Virus record (IMG/VR): IMGVR_UViG_3300008111_000001
Source of the DNA: a virus
Length of the DNA stretch: 64,000 bases
Strand: one strand, 5' to 3'
In this document: positions 19,078 to 28,898 of the stretch, one piece after another
How positions within the stretch are numbered: position 1 is the stretch's first letter
Layout: every line of letters starts with the position of its first letter
Translations under genes and position numbers: made by a program
The notes under the pieces: model-generated
Told to the model about the DNA's origin: nothing
Seen by the model: only the letters and a program-made list of their open reading frames with translations
The model's database searches: none

Positions 19078-22000
19078 TGAAAAATTGGACTAACCTCCAT
19101 AACCATACAATATATTCCATGCTCGATGGCCATGGTAGAGTTGAGCAGTATTTGGAAAGAGCCAAGTCTCTCGGCATGAGAGGCTTGGCTACTACCGATC
19201 ATGGAAACATACACTCTTGGCTAGACTTTTATGACGCTGGTCAAGCAACAGGGGTAAAGCCTATTCTTGGCTCTGAATTTTATCAAGCTAGAAAATCTAG
19301 ATTTGATAGGGATGAAGAGGAGCGTTCTGGGCCGGCAAAAAATGAATGGGAACAAAGAGGACCATATCACATAACTATATTGGCTAAAAATAATACTGGC
19401 TATAATAATATAATCAAAATGTCTTCTAGATCTTTTCTAGAAGGGTATTATGTTAAGCCTAGAATAGATCACGAATTAATAGCTGAACATTCAGATGGAA
19501 TTATCGTTCTTTCAGGGTGTTTGAACGGAGAAATTGCCCAGGCTCTTTTACGTGATGATTATGATTTTGCGATTAAGTCTGCAAGAAAAATGCAGGACAT
19601 TGTTGGTAGAGAAAATTACTTTATAGAAATTCAAGATCATGGTTTATCTGAGCAGAAAAAAATTACTAGTCAGCTAATAGATATCGCTAATTCTATAAGT
19701 GCAAAAATAGTTCCTACTGGCGATTGCCACTACGTGCACCAACACGATGCTAGAGCGCACGACATAATGCTCTGTGTCGCCACCAACGCAACTATCGATA
19801 CTCCTAATAGATTTTCTTTTAGTGGCGATGAGTTTTATCTTCAATCTTATGAGGATATGGAGAGAAAGTTTCAGCCAGAGTGGCTAAAAAATACCATGCA
19901 CATATGTGATATGGTTGATCTTGATTTAAATTTTGGCAATATACATTTTCCTAATTTTCCTATTCCTACAAACGAAACGTCAACTCAGTACTTTGAAAGA
20001 TTGGCTTGGGATGGTTTAAAGAAAAGATATGGAGATCCACTCCCGCAACACATTATTGATAGAGCTCACCACGAAATAAGAGTAGTTAAGGAAATGGGCT
20101 TTCCGGAGTACTTCTTAGTTGTTTCTGATTTGGTCAACTGGGCTAAAAATAATGAGATTAGAGTTGGTTGGGGTCGAGGATCTGCGGCTGGCAGCATACT
20201 GTCTTACGCATTTAGAATTACTAATTTAGATCCGATTAAGTTTGGTCTTATGTTTGAGCGATTCCTTGTGGAAGGAAGAAAATCAATGCCAGACATTGAC
20301 CTTGACTTTGATGATAGACATAGAGATGAAGTAATTAATTACGCCAGAGAAAAATATGGTCATGACCATGTTGCTCATATATGTACCTTTAATAAAACTG
20401 GAGCTCGCCAATCAATCAGAGACGCAGCTAGAGCCTTAGGCTATGATTTTTCTTCTGGCGATAATGTGGCTAAATTGGTCCCACCTCCAGTACTCGGTAT
20501 TTCAAAAAGTCTAACCGAGTGCATGCAAGTGGGAGACTTTGCTGGCCTGTACGGTAAAGACGAAAATGCTAAAAAGATTATAGATGCCGCCTTTGGTTTA
20601 GAGGGTCTTGTTAGACAGACTGGAATTCATGCCGCTGGAATAGTTATTTCTAAGGATGCTCTTACCGAATATCTCCCCGTAATGCAAAAAGGAGTAGATA
20701 ATCCTTTGGTCACTCAGTGGGATATGGGTAGAGTTGAGCAATGTGGCCTTCTTAAAATTGACTTCTTGGGCTTAAGAAATCTGGGCATCATAGATTCTTG
20801 TGTAAAATTAATAAAGAAACATCATAATCTAGATATAGATATTGATCAAATACCTCTTGATGATTCAAATACGTATGAGCAATTATGTCGTGGCAACTGT
20901 ATTGGCGTCTTTCAGTTGGAATCATCCGGTATGCGCCAACTCATGATGCAACTACAGCCTAAAAACATAGAAGATATCATGGCTTTAATCTCACTGTACC
21001 GACCGGGACCAATGGGCTCAGGAATGGACAAGGAGTACATTGATCGCAAGCATGGGCGTAGTAGAGTCAAGTATGAGCATCCTAAGCTAGAGAAGGTGTT
21101 GGGTCCATCACTTGGAATCATGCTTTACCAGGAGGACGTGCTTGGGGTGGCAAGAGAGTTGGCTGGCTTTTCTTCAGCTGAAGCTGATGATTTAAGAAAA
21201 GTTATTGGCAAAAAGTTAATGGACAAGATTGCAAGTATGCGATCAAAGTTTGTTGACGGCTGCATTGAAAATTCTGGTTTAACCGAAATATTAGCAAATA
21301 AAATATTTTCAGATATCGAATATTTCGGTGGCTATGGTTTCAACAGAGCTCACGCTGCAAGCTATGCAATGATTAGTTATATTACGGCATACTTAAAAAC
21401 TAATTACACTGTTGAATACATGGCAGCGCTCATGTCGTCAGTGGTGGGAAATAAAGATAAGCAGTCGTTGTATTTGGCAGACTGCAGAAAATTGGGTATA
21501 AATGTTTTGCCTCCATCCATTAATTACTCTGGTATAGATTTTGAAGTTTTAGATTCTAATTCTATTATTTTTGGGCTATCTGCAATTAACGGCATAGGTA
21601 ACTCAATAGCGGAAAATATAGTTTCAGTTAGAGATCAGTCAAATCCATATAATAACATGCACGACTTCTTTAGAAGATGTGGGGCAACTCTTTTAAAGAA
21701 AAGTACATTAGAGCACCTGGCCAAAGCTGGTGCACTAGATGAATTGTTTAATCTAGAAATCACCGAACTAAATAGAATTGAAGAAATTAAGTTACTTGAA
21801 ATAGAAAAAGAAGAATTAGGAATATATGTTACTGATCACCCTGTAAATGGAATATGGGACATATTATCTAAAAAAATTGACTGTGAAATATTTGATTTAT
21901 CAGAACTTTCGAATAATACTCAAGTAAGAATTGGTGGCATATTAGGTGATGTAAAGCCAATAGTTACAAAAAAGGGAATGAAAATGTATAAATTAATATT

Positions 22001-22409
22001 GGAAGACATATCTTCTGATATTGAAATTATCGTTTTTCCAAAATCTTTAAAAAATCTAGGAGATTCCCCATTTGCAAAAGGTGACATCCTAATAGTTAAT
22101 GGAACTGTTAATAAAGAGGGCGATGAGGAAAACTCAATAGTTAAACTGTACTATAATTCATCCGAAAAAGTTGATTCAAAAATATTTTCCAGTGGCAAGG
22201 CAATAATACTGGAAATAGATGAAAACTTTTCTCCCTCATTAATTGAAAAAATATATGATATAATTGAATCAACAAAAGGTGATAAACCAGTATTCATGCA
22301 AATGATTAATGGTAATCACAAATATATATTTAAGTTTAAGAATAATACGTCATCAAAAGTTCAATCTGTTATTGAAAATATTATTAGAATGGAGAAAGAA
22401 AATGTCTAG
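19074..22409 (+). CDS. dnaE: DNA polymerase III alpha subunit (family C)
   Basis: PHP domain (LHNHT, TDHGN), GRGSAAGS, MPDIDLDF, HAAG, KIDFLGL, YGFNRAHA, C-terminal OB fold. No intein is visible. Confidence 0.96.
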   Translation: MMKNWTNLHNHTIYSMLDGHGRVEQYLERAKSLGMRGLATTDHGNIHSWLDFYDAGQATGVKPILGSEFYQARKSRFDRDEEERSGPAKNEWEQRGPYHITILAKNNTGYNNIIKMSSRSFLEGYYVKPRIDHELIAEHSDGIIVLSGCLNGEIAQALLRDDYDFAIKSARKMQDIVGRENYFIEIQDHGLSEQKKITSQLIDIANSISAKIVPTGDCHYVHQHDARAHDIMLCVATNATIDTPNRFSFSGDEFYLQSYEDMERKFQPEWLKNTMHICDMVDLDLNFGNIHFPNFPIPTNETSTQYFERLAWDGLKKRYGDPLPQHIIDRAHHEIRVVKEMGFPEYFLVVSDLVNWAKNNEIRVGWGRGSAAGSILSYAFRITNLDPIKFGLMFERFLVEGRKSMPDIDLDFDDRHRDEVINYAREKYGHDHVAHICTFNKTGARQSIRDAARALGYDFSSGDNVAKLVPPPVLGISKSLTECMQVGDFAGLYGKDENAKKIIDAAFGLEGLVRQTGIHAAGIVISKDALTEYLPVMQKGVDNPLVTQWDMGRVEQCGLLKIDFLGLRNLGIIDSCVKLIKKHHNLDIDIDQIPLDDSNTYEQLCRGNCIGVFQLESSGMRQLMMQLQPKNIEDIMALISLYRPGPMGSGMDKEYIDRKHGRSRVKYEHPKLEKVLGPSLGIMLYQEDVLGVARELAGFSSAEADDLRKVIGKKLMDKIASMRSKFVDGCIENSGLTEILANKIFSDIEYFGGYGFNRAHAASYAMISYITAYLKTNYTVEYMAALMSSVVGNKDKQSLYLADCRKLGINVLPPSINYSGIDFEVLDSNSIIFGLSAINGIGNSIAENIVSVRDQSNPYNNMHDFFRRCGATLLKKSTLEHLAKAGALDELFNLEITELNRIEEIKLLEIEKEELGIYVTDHPVNGIWDILSKKIDCEIFDLSELSNNTQVRIGGILGDVKPIVTKKGMKMYKLILEDISSDIEIIVFPKSLKNLGDSPFAKGDILIVNGTVNKEGDEENSIVKLYYNSSEKVDSKIFSSGKAIILEIDENFSPSLIEKIYDIIESTKGDKPVFMQMINGNHKYIFKFKNNTSSKVQSVIENIIRMEKENV

Positions 22410-22767
22410 TATTGGACCAACAGTAAATCCAGTACAAAAGTGGTGCTGGTCCTTCTGCCCTTCATGCAATAGATGCCAGGATAAAGGTAGATATACCAAG
22501 TGCAACGGGTGTAGTGGTAGATATGATCCGGATTTAAGAATACCTGTTGATAATGAAGATTTCTGCGATTGTAAAAATGGTGTTCTTAGATGGAAAACGC
22601 AACAAGGTAAATTGATTGTAACTAGATTTAAATCCAATCCTTTTAAGGGTCAGGTTAAATATGAAAAGAAAACGGAAGATGAAAGAGATTGGGATTCTTA
22701 CGTTAAAGATATGCGAGAAAAATTGGATGACCCAAGCTGGAATCCAATAACTATATACGAGGAGTGA
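22402..22767 (+). CDS. Cys-rich hypothetical protein
   Basis: CWSFCPSCNRC...CNGC...CDC; the ATG at 22402 overlaps the dnaE end. Confidence 0.65.
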   Translation: MSSIGPTVNPVQKWCWSFCPSCNRCQDKGRYTKCNGCSGRYDPDLRIPVDNEDFCDCKNGVLRWKTQQGKLIVTRFKSNPFKGQVKYEKKTEDERDWDSYVKDMREKLDDPSWNPITIYEE

Positions 22768-22991
22768 AAATGTTACCCGCAGTTGTTCAAAAAGGAAATA
22801 TAAAACTAACAGAGTATTCTGATTCAACTTATGGATACGACGATAGATTGTTTATTCAATGCACGTGTGTCGGCTTTTATCTAACAAAAAATGACCTTAA
22901 AGATCTATTGACTGTTGTGCATTACTATTTAAATGCAGATGATATTACCGACGTATCCGTTTCTATAGGAGGGGAAAATGTGGCCCTATGA
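22764..22991 (+). CDS. Hypothetical protein
   Basis: 75-aa ORF with a GTGA overlap. Confidence 0.55.
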   Translation: MKMLPAVVQKGNIKLTEYSDSTYGYDDRLFIQCTCVGFYLTKNDLKDLLTVVHYYLNADDITDVSVSIGGENVAL

Positions 22992-23142
22992 AGAAGATGA
23001 TCATATGGAATTAGGTGAAACTGGATGGATCCCAATTGGACAGGGAGCCTATATCAATAAAAATACTGGTCATACTATTGATGAAATAGGAAGAGAATTC
23101 GATCAAAATGGTCAATTAATTTATGACCCAAATGAACAATAA
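22978..23142 (+). CDS. Small hypothetical protein (not in ORF track)
   Basis: ATG 22978 after GGAGGGG; MWPYEEDDHMELGETGWIPIGQGAY..., 54 aa. Confidence 0.5.
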   Translation: MWPYEEDDHMELGETGWIPIGQGAYINKNTGHTIDEIGREFDQNGQLIYDPNEQ

Positions 23143-23149
23143 TTAGGAG

Positions 23150-23953
23150 TTGTCTTTGAGTTTAATTAAAATTAAAAGTTATAATGATCTAACGGATTTG
23201 CAGACGCTAGCTTTAGTTGATTTCTCATATTCTAGAATAGATACATATCAGCAGTGTCCCGCTAAATATTTTTATTCGTACATTTGTAAGGAGCCACGAG
23301 CATTTAATCCTCCCGCAGTACTAGGGAACATAGTTCATGCTGTACTAGAGAATGTATTAGATAATGACAAGTCTCTAGACATCAATGAGTTAGAGCAGGA
23401 ATATAATAAAAATATTCCCATTTGGGATCCAGATAATAATATACCAAAAGATTTAATATCTGTCGGATCTGTCATCTTGCAGGAATTCTATGATGAATAT
23501 TACGATAAAAAGTTTAACATATATGAAAAAGAGTTAGCATTTGATTTTATTATTGGATGCTATCGAATACTTGGTTTCATTGATAGGGTGGATGTTATTG
23601 GGGATCGAGTTAATATTGTAGACTATAAAACAGGAAAATGGGAAGTTGCCCTAAAAGACGTGCCAAATAATCTGCAACTAGGAATATACGCTCTAGCTAT
23701 GCATAATATTTTTCCGGAAAAAGAAATCTATGCGGAATTACACTATCTAAGATCTGGCAAGAAAAAAGGTCACCTTTTTACTAGTGAAGATATTGAAAAT
23801 GTAAAGTTAAAATTGATTAGTTCTATAACTAAAATAATCAATGACACTAACTTTACGCCAACATCCAATGTGCGCATATGCTCATACTGCGATCACGCTA
23901 AAAGCGGAGCTTGCCCAACAGGTGTTTTTAGGAACAAAAAGAATAATGGATAA
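23150..23953 (+). CDS. RecB-family / Cas4-like exonuclease
   Basis: SYSRIDTYQQCP, GFIDRVD, IVDYKTG, QLGIY, CSYCDH...C. Confidence 0.88.
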   Translation: MSLSLIKIKSYNDLTDLQTLALVDFSYSRIDTYQQCPAKYFYSYICKEPRAFNPPAVLGNIVHAVLENVLDNDKSLDINELEQEYNKNIPIWDPDNNIPKDLISVGSVILQEFYDEYYDKKFNIYEKELAFDFIIGCYRILGFIDRVDVIGDRVNIVDYKTGKWEVALKDVPNNLQLGIYALAMHNIFPEKEIYAELHYLRSGKKKGHLFTSEDIENVKLKLISSITKIINDTNFTPTSNVRICSYCDHAKSGACPTGVFRNKKNNG

Positions 23954-23990
23954 CAAAAAAGACCGGGGTTTCCCCCGGCCCTTTTTGTTG
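23952..23990. terminator. Bidirectional terminator between convergent genes
   Basis: A-tract, GC stem (CCGGGG/CCCCGG), then T-tract, between the recB-like gene and the minus-strand small ORF. Confidence 0.65.
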
Positions 23991-24002
23991 GGAAAGCAAC
24001 TA

Positions 24003-24215
24003 TCAGAAATCAGTTACAGGATTTTCCTCAGCAGAGAGCCAAAGGTCGAAATCCTCAAACTCAGTTACCATTTTGACAGCCGACTGATGGTCGACACCAA
24101 GAACCTTGGTCATGTCGTCAATGATCTCTTCGTTGATTGTCTGATTGATGCTGTTGATGATTGTTTTTAGTGTGTTCATGGTGAACAGTATACTCTCTTT
24201 CTTTTGGATTTCCAA
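24003..24215 (-). CDS. Small hypothetical protein, isolated on the minus strand (start possibly ~24179)
   Basis: MNTLKTIINSINQTINEEIIDDMTKVLG...; GC-richer codons; has its own terminator. Confidence 0.6.
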   Translation of the reverse strand: MEIQKKESILFTMNTLKTIINSINQTINEEIIDDMTKVLGVDHQSAVKMVTEFEDFDLWLSAEENPVTDF

Positions 24216-24266
24216 CCTATTTTGATTTTTTTATCAGGATAGTGTATAATTTATCTACGAACTATC

Positions 24267-24854
24267 TTGATACGTAAAGGATACACAATGGACATACCGA
24301 TTGTCAACCCAGAACAGTTTTTTTTGGAGAAATCTTCTTTCAAGAAACATCCAAACTTAAAAAATATTAGGAATAAATCTGTTGATTCTGAGATTATTGA
24401 AAACGATGCGGTAATTTCCAGGAAAAAAGGTAATGCATATCAGTATACCAAGACTGGTTACAGAAAAGATATAGACATGAATGTTCGTTCTAGTTGGGAA
24501 GCAAATTTTGTTAGGGTATTGAAGATTTATAAAATTGATTTTGAATTTGAACCTACCGTATTTTCTTTTCCAATCAAAAGGGGAACCAGGGGTTATACAC
24601 CAGATTTTCTTTTGAATAGAAATCATGATTGGGTAGAAATAAAGGGCTACCTAGATGATAAAAGTAAAATTAAATTAAAAAGATTTAAAAGATATTATCC
24701 AGATGAATTTGAAAACTTTACTTGCGTAATAAGTAAATATTCAAACGACGCAAAGAACTTCATGAAAGAATTAGAGGTTCCTAATATTATCTTTTATGAA
24801 GACTTTAGGGATTATTACAGTGAGTATATAGTTCACTGGGAAGGAAAAAAATGA
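24267..24854 (+). CDS. PD-(D/E)XK endonuclease (T7 endo I / resolvase-like)
   Basis: RSSWEANF...YTPDF...VEIKG. Confidence 0.78.
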   Translation: MIRKGYTMDIPIVNPEQFFLEKSSFKKHPNLKNIRNKSVDSEIIENDAVISRKKGNAYQYTKTGYRKDIDMNVRSSWEANFVRVLKIYKIDFEFEPTVFSFPIKRGTRGYTPDFLLNRNHDWVEIKGYLDDKSKIKLKRFKRYYPDEFENFTCVISKYSNDAKNFMKELEVPNIIFYEDFRDYYSEYIVHWEGKK

Positions 24855-25717
24855 CAAGCTACAAAGAACAGTACTATTCCTTAGCTGAAGAGGAAATGCA
24901 GAAACTAATATCTGATAGCAAAAAGGGTTCTCAAAAATCTCAAGAAGAATTGTTGAAAGTTTTTAGTAATTTCTTGACTAAATATATTTCTTTATTATAC
25001 TATGGAAAATTTAATTTAAACGATTATGATATCAGAAGATTTGTTTCTCTTTTTATAAAAGAGCCTTCTGCTAGATTTGCTCTCATGAAAAATAAAATAA
25101 GCAGTAGTAATTTAAAAATAGTTAATGAAACAATGCGGGGCATTCATTATATGACAAAAAGATATGGTGACGAAGAAGATATTAGGCAAACAGTCTACAT
25201 GACATTCTTTCAGTGCGTAGCAAGATATGAGAGGAAGGATTCAGCAAAAGGGCCAATACCATTTAGTGGATTTTTGTATAGCTATTTTTTTTATCTCTTA
25301 AAGAAAAATGTAGATACATTTTTAATTGATCAGTTAGGCAGAAAAACATTCCCTTTGCTGGATGACGAGGCTACAAGTGACGAAAGCGACGAAGATTATG
25401 TTGTTGGATTTAAGGCTGATCCAATAGAATATAGTATGGAAAGATTGATGGCAACTGATAGAATAGATGAATTCTGGGTATTAGGAGAGAATGTAGAAGG
25501 TCCATTTGATAAACTGTCGATACAGGAAAGGCAGCTTTTGAAATGGAGATATGTCGATGGTAAAAGATCGAGTCAAATTTCACAAATTGTCAATGAGCAC
25601 CCCAATACAGTAAGAGAGCACCTCTCTAAGGTTAGGGAAAAAGTAAAACAAATACTTCTAGAGGACGAGTTCTCGTATGAAGAACTTTACTATCTATTAA
25701 AAATGGAGAATAAATGA
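24851..25717 (+). CDS. Phage sigma-70-family sigma factor
   Basis: Region 2-like EEDIRQTVYMTFFQCVARY...FSGFL; region 4-like LSIQERQLLKWRYVDG..SSQISQIV..HPNTVREHLSKVREKV. Confidence 0.78.
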   Translation: MTSYKEQYYSLAEEEMQKLISDSKKGSQKSQEELLKVFSNFLTKYISLLYYGKFNLNDYDIRRFVSLFIKEPSARFALMKNKISSSNLKIVNETMRGIHYMTKRYGDEEDIRQTVYMTFFQCVARYERKDSAKGPIPFSGFLYSYFFYLLKKNVDTFLIDQLGRKTFPLLDDEATSDESDEDYVVGFKADPIEYSMERLMATDRIDEFWVLGENVEGPFDKLSIQERQLLKWRYVDGKRSSQISQIVNEHPNTVREHLSKVREKVKQILLEDEFSYEELYYLLKMENK

Positions 25718-26232
25718 ACAGTTCAACTCTTGAAAAACTTCAAGAAATGCTGCAGCAATTTCTAGGGCCTCAATTGAAAGAGGTTATAGATGCGTACAAT
25801 GATAATAATAATTCTTACAAATACTTTATTGAAATTCCAGAAACTGATGTTGTAGATTTGGGCATAGAAAAAATAGCTTCTCTTGTAGCAAGAACATCTA
25901 ATGTGTACGGTAGAGCAGCAAGATTTGCCGGAATATCTAGAGCCCAATACAAGATCTTGGAAGGGAAGTACAAAAAGGTTTACAAATCAAATCGCGTAGG
26001 AAAGAATGAAGCAGAAAGAGAAGCTGCAGCTATGGACGCTGCGGAGGATGAATATTTTGCTCTAGTAACTTGTGAGGCGATTGTTAACTTAGCAGAAGCT
26101 ATGGAATCTGCAGCAAGAATTGCATCTGAATCCGCAAGAAAACTTATGGATAAAATACAGTCTATGCAGGTAGCTTCATTTAGAGAAGACAAGGGCTCAT
26201 TTATGGAGTCAGATTTTTTTAATACATACTAA
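25714..26232 (+). CDS. Helical hypothetical protein
   Basis: 172 aa; coiled-coil-like Ala/Glu-rich C-terminal half. Confidence 0.7.
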   Translation: MNSSTLEKLQEMLQQFLGPQLKEVIDAYNDNNNSYKYFIEIPETDVVDLGIEKIASLVARTSNVYGRAARFAGISRAQYKILEGKYKKVYKSNRVGKNEAEREAAAMDAAEDEYFALVTCEAIVNLAEAMESAARIASESARKLMDKIQSMQVASFREDKGSFMESDFFNTY

Positions 26233-26243
26233 AAGGATAATAT

Positions 26244-26468
26244 ATGTTTATAGGTTACTATAAAAGTGTTGGATCATCTAAAGAGTTTTATTCTTCTAAA
26301 AGAAATGATTTAAATTTTCCAATACAAGTAGAGTATGAGGGCGATAGATACTTGTTGAGTAAAACCATACAAGTGTCCTCAGAATCTCAAGAAAAAAATA
26401 TTGTTAACACCGCCAAAAAATACGGAATAAAATATGACATTAGAATTGACTCAGGAGCAAATAGCTGA
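26244..26468 (+). CDS. Hypothetical protein
   Basis: 74 aa; AAGGA SD. Confidence 0.6.
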   Translation: MFIGYYKSVGSSKEFYSSKRNDLNFPIQVEYEGDRYLLSKTIQVSSESQEKNIVNTAKKYGIKYDIRIDSGANS

Positions 26469-26589
26469 TTTAAGGTCAGAAATTGAAAACTTTTTGTTTG
26501 AAATATCTTCTCAAGACAGAGAACTATATAGCAGGCAAGAGATAGAAAACATGCTTCTTGACATATATTCTTTACTTAAAACAAACTGA
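26434..26589 (+). CDS. Small hypothetical protein (not in ORF track)
   Basis: MTLELTQEQIADLRSEIENFLFEISSQDRELYSRQEIENMLLDIYSLLKTN, 51 aa; fills the gap before RNase H. Confidence 0.5.
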   Translation: MTLELTQEQIADLRSEIENFLFEISSQDRELYSRQEIENMLLDIYSLLKTN

Positions 26590-26601
26590 AAACGGTGTTA
26601 A

Positions 26602-27036
26602 ATGAATATAGAAGTTTTTTGCGATGGTGCATCACGAGGTCAAGGCCAAAAGAAATTTGGTGAGGCAGCGTGTTCCGCTGTGGTTTATAGAAATAGAAAA
26701 AAAATAGCTCAATTTGCCAGAGGCCTTGGGCCAAGAACAAATAATGAAGCTGAATACGAGGCGGTTATAGCTGGTCTGCTTATTTGTTCTATGGCAGATC
26801 TGGCTGATCCAATAATATATACTGATTCAGCCGTTGTAGCCAATCAGGTTAATGGAAGATGGAAATGTAAAAATCCAACTTTAATTCCACTATTAATGAC
26901 AATAGAAGAGATCAAAGATGAGTTCAATTTTCGAGTTGTACAAGTTAAAAGATCGTTTGTCTGGGAGCCAGACGCTCTAGCAAATGCATTTCTTGACGAA
27001 TTAGAACTAAGAAAAGAACACATTTCCAAGATATAA
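26602..27036 (+). CDS. rnhA: Ribonuclease HI
   Basis: DGASRG, TNNEAEYEAVIAGL, YTDS.VVANQVNG.WK, DALAN. Confidence 0.9.
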   Translation: MNIEVFCDGASRGQGQKKFGEAACSAVVYRNRKKIAQFARGLGPRTNNEAEYEAVIAGLLICSMADLADPIIYTDSAVVANQVNGRWKCKNPTLIPLLMTIEEIKDEFNFRVVQVKRSFVWEPDALANAFLDELELRKEHISKI

Positions 27037-27037
27037 C

Positions 27038-27046
27038 TGCTATAAT
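27038..27046 (+). promoter_or_regulatory. Extended -10 promoter (TGCTATAAT)
   Basis: Exact TGnTATAAT immediately upstream of the kinase gene. Confidence 0.45.
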
Positions 27047-27056
27047 ATAGTCCATC

Positions 27057-27845
27057 ATGTTAGAAAAAAAATATTATAAAGAATACCCATTAATTGTTGG
27101 CCTAGCAGGCAAAGCTGCTAGTGGCAAGACTTCAGTGGCTGAGAGTATAGTTCCTAAGGCGTCGGTAAACCCCATTAATAACGCCGTTATATGGGATCAT
27201 ATATTCTTTACTCTACCATTATATGAAATAGCTTCTATTAAGAGAACTACGCTGGGTCTTCGTCAAAAAGATCGTCAACTGTTCTCTATCCACCAAGTTT
27301 TGTTTGATTTATTTGGCGGAAATGCTTTAGGTAATATACCGGATTACAAACATTTCACTGATCTAGTCGAACAGATGTACAGCTTGCCAATAGAACAGGA
27401 GCCATTAAAGCCAAGAAGTTTCTTGCAGAAGGCAGGAGATTTGTGTCGCCTATATGACCCCGAGTGCTTTGCTAAATGGGTTATATATAAAGCTTCCAGA
27501 ATTCATAGAGCAATAATATCTACTGAGTCTTATGAGGATAATCAGCTTCCTGTTGGAATAATTATTTCCGATGTTCGGTTTGAAAATGAAGCTAATAAGA
27601 TTCTAAGTCAACCAAATGGAGTAGTTATCTACTTTGATGCCTCAGACGATACTAGAAATGAAAGAATGATTAAGCGAGATGGGGCTGTAATGACAGAAGC
27701 TCAAGCATCTCATAAGTCAGAGAAAGAATGTGACTTGGTAAAAGCAATAGCTTCTGCTATAATTAATACAGACAACATGTCAATGGAAGAGCAGTCTTCT
27801 AAAACTTTAGAAATAATTAACGGATTCGTAAACGCATATGCCTAA
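27057..27845 (+). CDS. Deoxynucleoside monophosphate kinase
   Basis: P-loop GLAGKAASGKT, PRSFLQ..G, ISDVRFENEA, H.SE. Confidence 0.85.
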   Translation: MLEKKYYKEYPLIVGLAGKAASGKTSVAESIVPKASVNPINNAVIWDHIFFTLPLYEIASIKRTTLGLRQKDRQLFSIHQVLFDLFGGNALGNIPDYKHFTDLVEQMYSLPIEQEPLKPRSFLQKAGDLCRLYDPECFAKWVIYKASRIHRAIISTESYEDNQLPVGIIISDVRFENEANKILSQPNGVVIYFDASDDTRNERMIKRDGAVMTEAQASHKSEKECDLVKAIASAIINTDNMSMEEQSSKTLEIINGFVNAYA

Positions 27846-28161
27846 AATAACTAAAACAGCAATGGAGCAGTCTAGCGATTCTCCTCTAGATCAGGTGGTT
27901 AATCTTTTGAGTAATGAAATTTCCTTAACAAGCTCCCCCATAGTAATATGTGGGGTAAATAGAAAAATCAATATTGGAAACTTTGAAAATATTGATGTCT
28001 ATGCAGGGGTTACCATACCTTTGCATGGTGTTTCTTTTGTCGACAAAGAAGCTCTTACGGCAGCAGTTGAAGAAGCTGTCGCTTATGGTTTTTCTTTGGC
28101 TTCGAAAGAAACTGGTGAGCGCTATATGCTCATTAAAGAATCACAGCAAGGTACAAAGTAA
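27838..28161 (+). CDS. Hypothetical protein
   Basis: 107 aa containing RKINIGNFENIDV. Confidence 0.65.
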   Translation: MPKITKTAMEQSSDSPLDQVVNLLSNEISLTSSPIVICGVNRKINIGNFENIDVYAGVTIPLHGVSFVDKEALTAAVEEAVAYGFSLASKETGERYMLIKESQQGTK

Positions 28162-28172
28162 TAGGAGATAAA

Positions 28173-28499
28173 ATGAAACTAATTAAAAAGCTTGCAAGAA
28201 AATTGCTGTTTCCAAAAAAGAAGCAGTCACCAACCCCTGTTTTTCAGACTAAACCAACTACATCTGCCAATTCAGTCGCAGAACCAGTTATAAAGTTTGA
28301 GCAGCCAAAGGTTGGAGGTAGTGATTTAGATGACAAAAAGCCTGTATCTGATACCGAAACTTGTCTAGACAAAAAGCCTGCTACCAAAAAGCCTGGTAGA
28401 CCAAAAGGGCAAACAAGCAATTCTGCAAAGAAGCCTTCAGCAAAAAAGCCGGCAACCTATAAGCAGAATATGCAAAAAAACCAAAATAAAAATAAGTAA
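28173..28499 (+). CDS. Lys/Pro-rich basic protein
   Basis: Repeated KKP(A/V/S) units and a KPGRPK AT-hook-like segment; AGGAG SD. Confidence 0.7.
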   Translation: MKLIKKLARKLLFPKKKQSPTPVFQTKPTTSANSVAEPVIKFEQPKVGGSDLDDKKPVSDTETCLDKKPATKKPGRPKGQTSNSAKKPSAKKPATYKQNMQKNQNKNK

Positions 28500-28588
28500 A
28501 ATATACTAAACTATTTTTTAGACTAGTTATATGGCAGCAGAAATGTTACTATATAACTAGTCTTTTTTTATTGATAAGGTGGTTAATT

Positions 28589-28735
28589 ATGGCCGATAAA
28601 GGTTGGGGTAGTAAAACATCCTCAGAGAAGAATTATTACAAATTACTCAAAGATTCTGTTATGAATGTTATCGACACCAAGAAAACTGGTGGACAATATT
28701 CAAGCCATTGGACAAAAAATAAAAATGGCAAGTAA
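28589..28735 (+). CDS. Basic microprotein, 48 aa (not in ORF track)
   Basis: MADKGWGSKTSSEKNYYKLLKDSVMNVIDTKKTGGQYSSHWTKNKNGK; AAGGTGG SD; TTACTAT motif upstream. Confidence 0.55.
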   Translation: MADKGWGSKTSSEKNYYKLLKDSVMNVIDTKKTGGQYSSHWTKNKNGK

Positions 28736-28898
28736 GAAAAAGACAGCTTATCAAAAAAAGATTAAGTCTGTTATGGGTGAATACGGTAGAGGTACCCTGC
28801 ATTCCGGTAAGGGTGGTCCGGTAGTTAAGTCCAAGAAGCAAGCAATCGCTATTGCAATATCATCAGCTGGTAGATTGAAAAAGAAGCGCAAAAAATAA
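28725..28898 (+). CDS. Basic microprotein (DUF6496-like)
   Basis: KIKSVMGEYGRGTLHSGKGGPVVKSKKQAIAIAISSAG; the ATG at 28725 is more likely than 28665. Confidence 0.7.
   Translation: MASKKKTAYQKKIKSVMGEYGRGTLHSGKGGPVVKSKKQAIAIAISSAGRLKKKRKK

Noticed and set aside
5032-22409. Inteins or group I introns in nrdJ, dnaB or dnaE
   Set aside because: Lengths and motif spacing look normal, and no C...HN splice junctions or LAGLIDADG/HNH inserts were seen.
16038-23953. Cas4-like genes as evidence of a CRISPR-Cas system
   Set aside because: No cas1/cas2, effector genes or array are present; stand-alone RecB/Cas4-like nucleases are common in phages.
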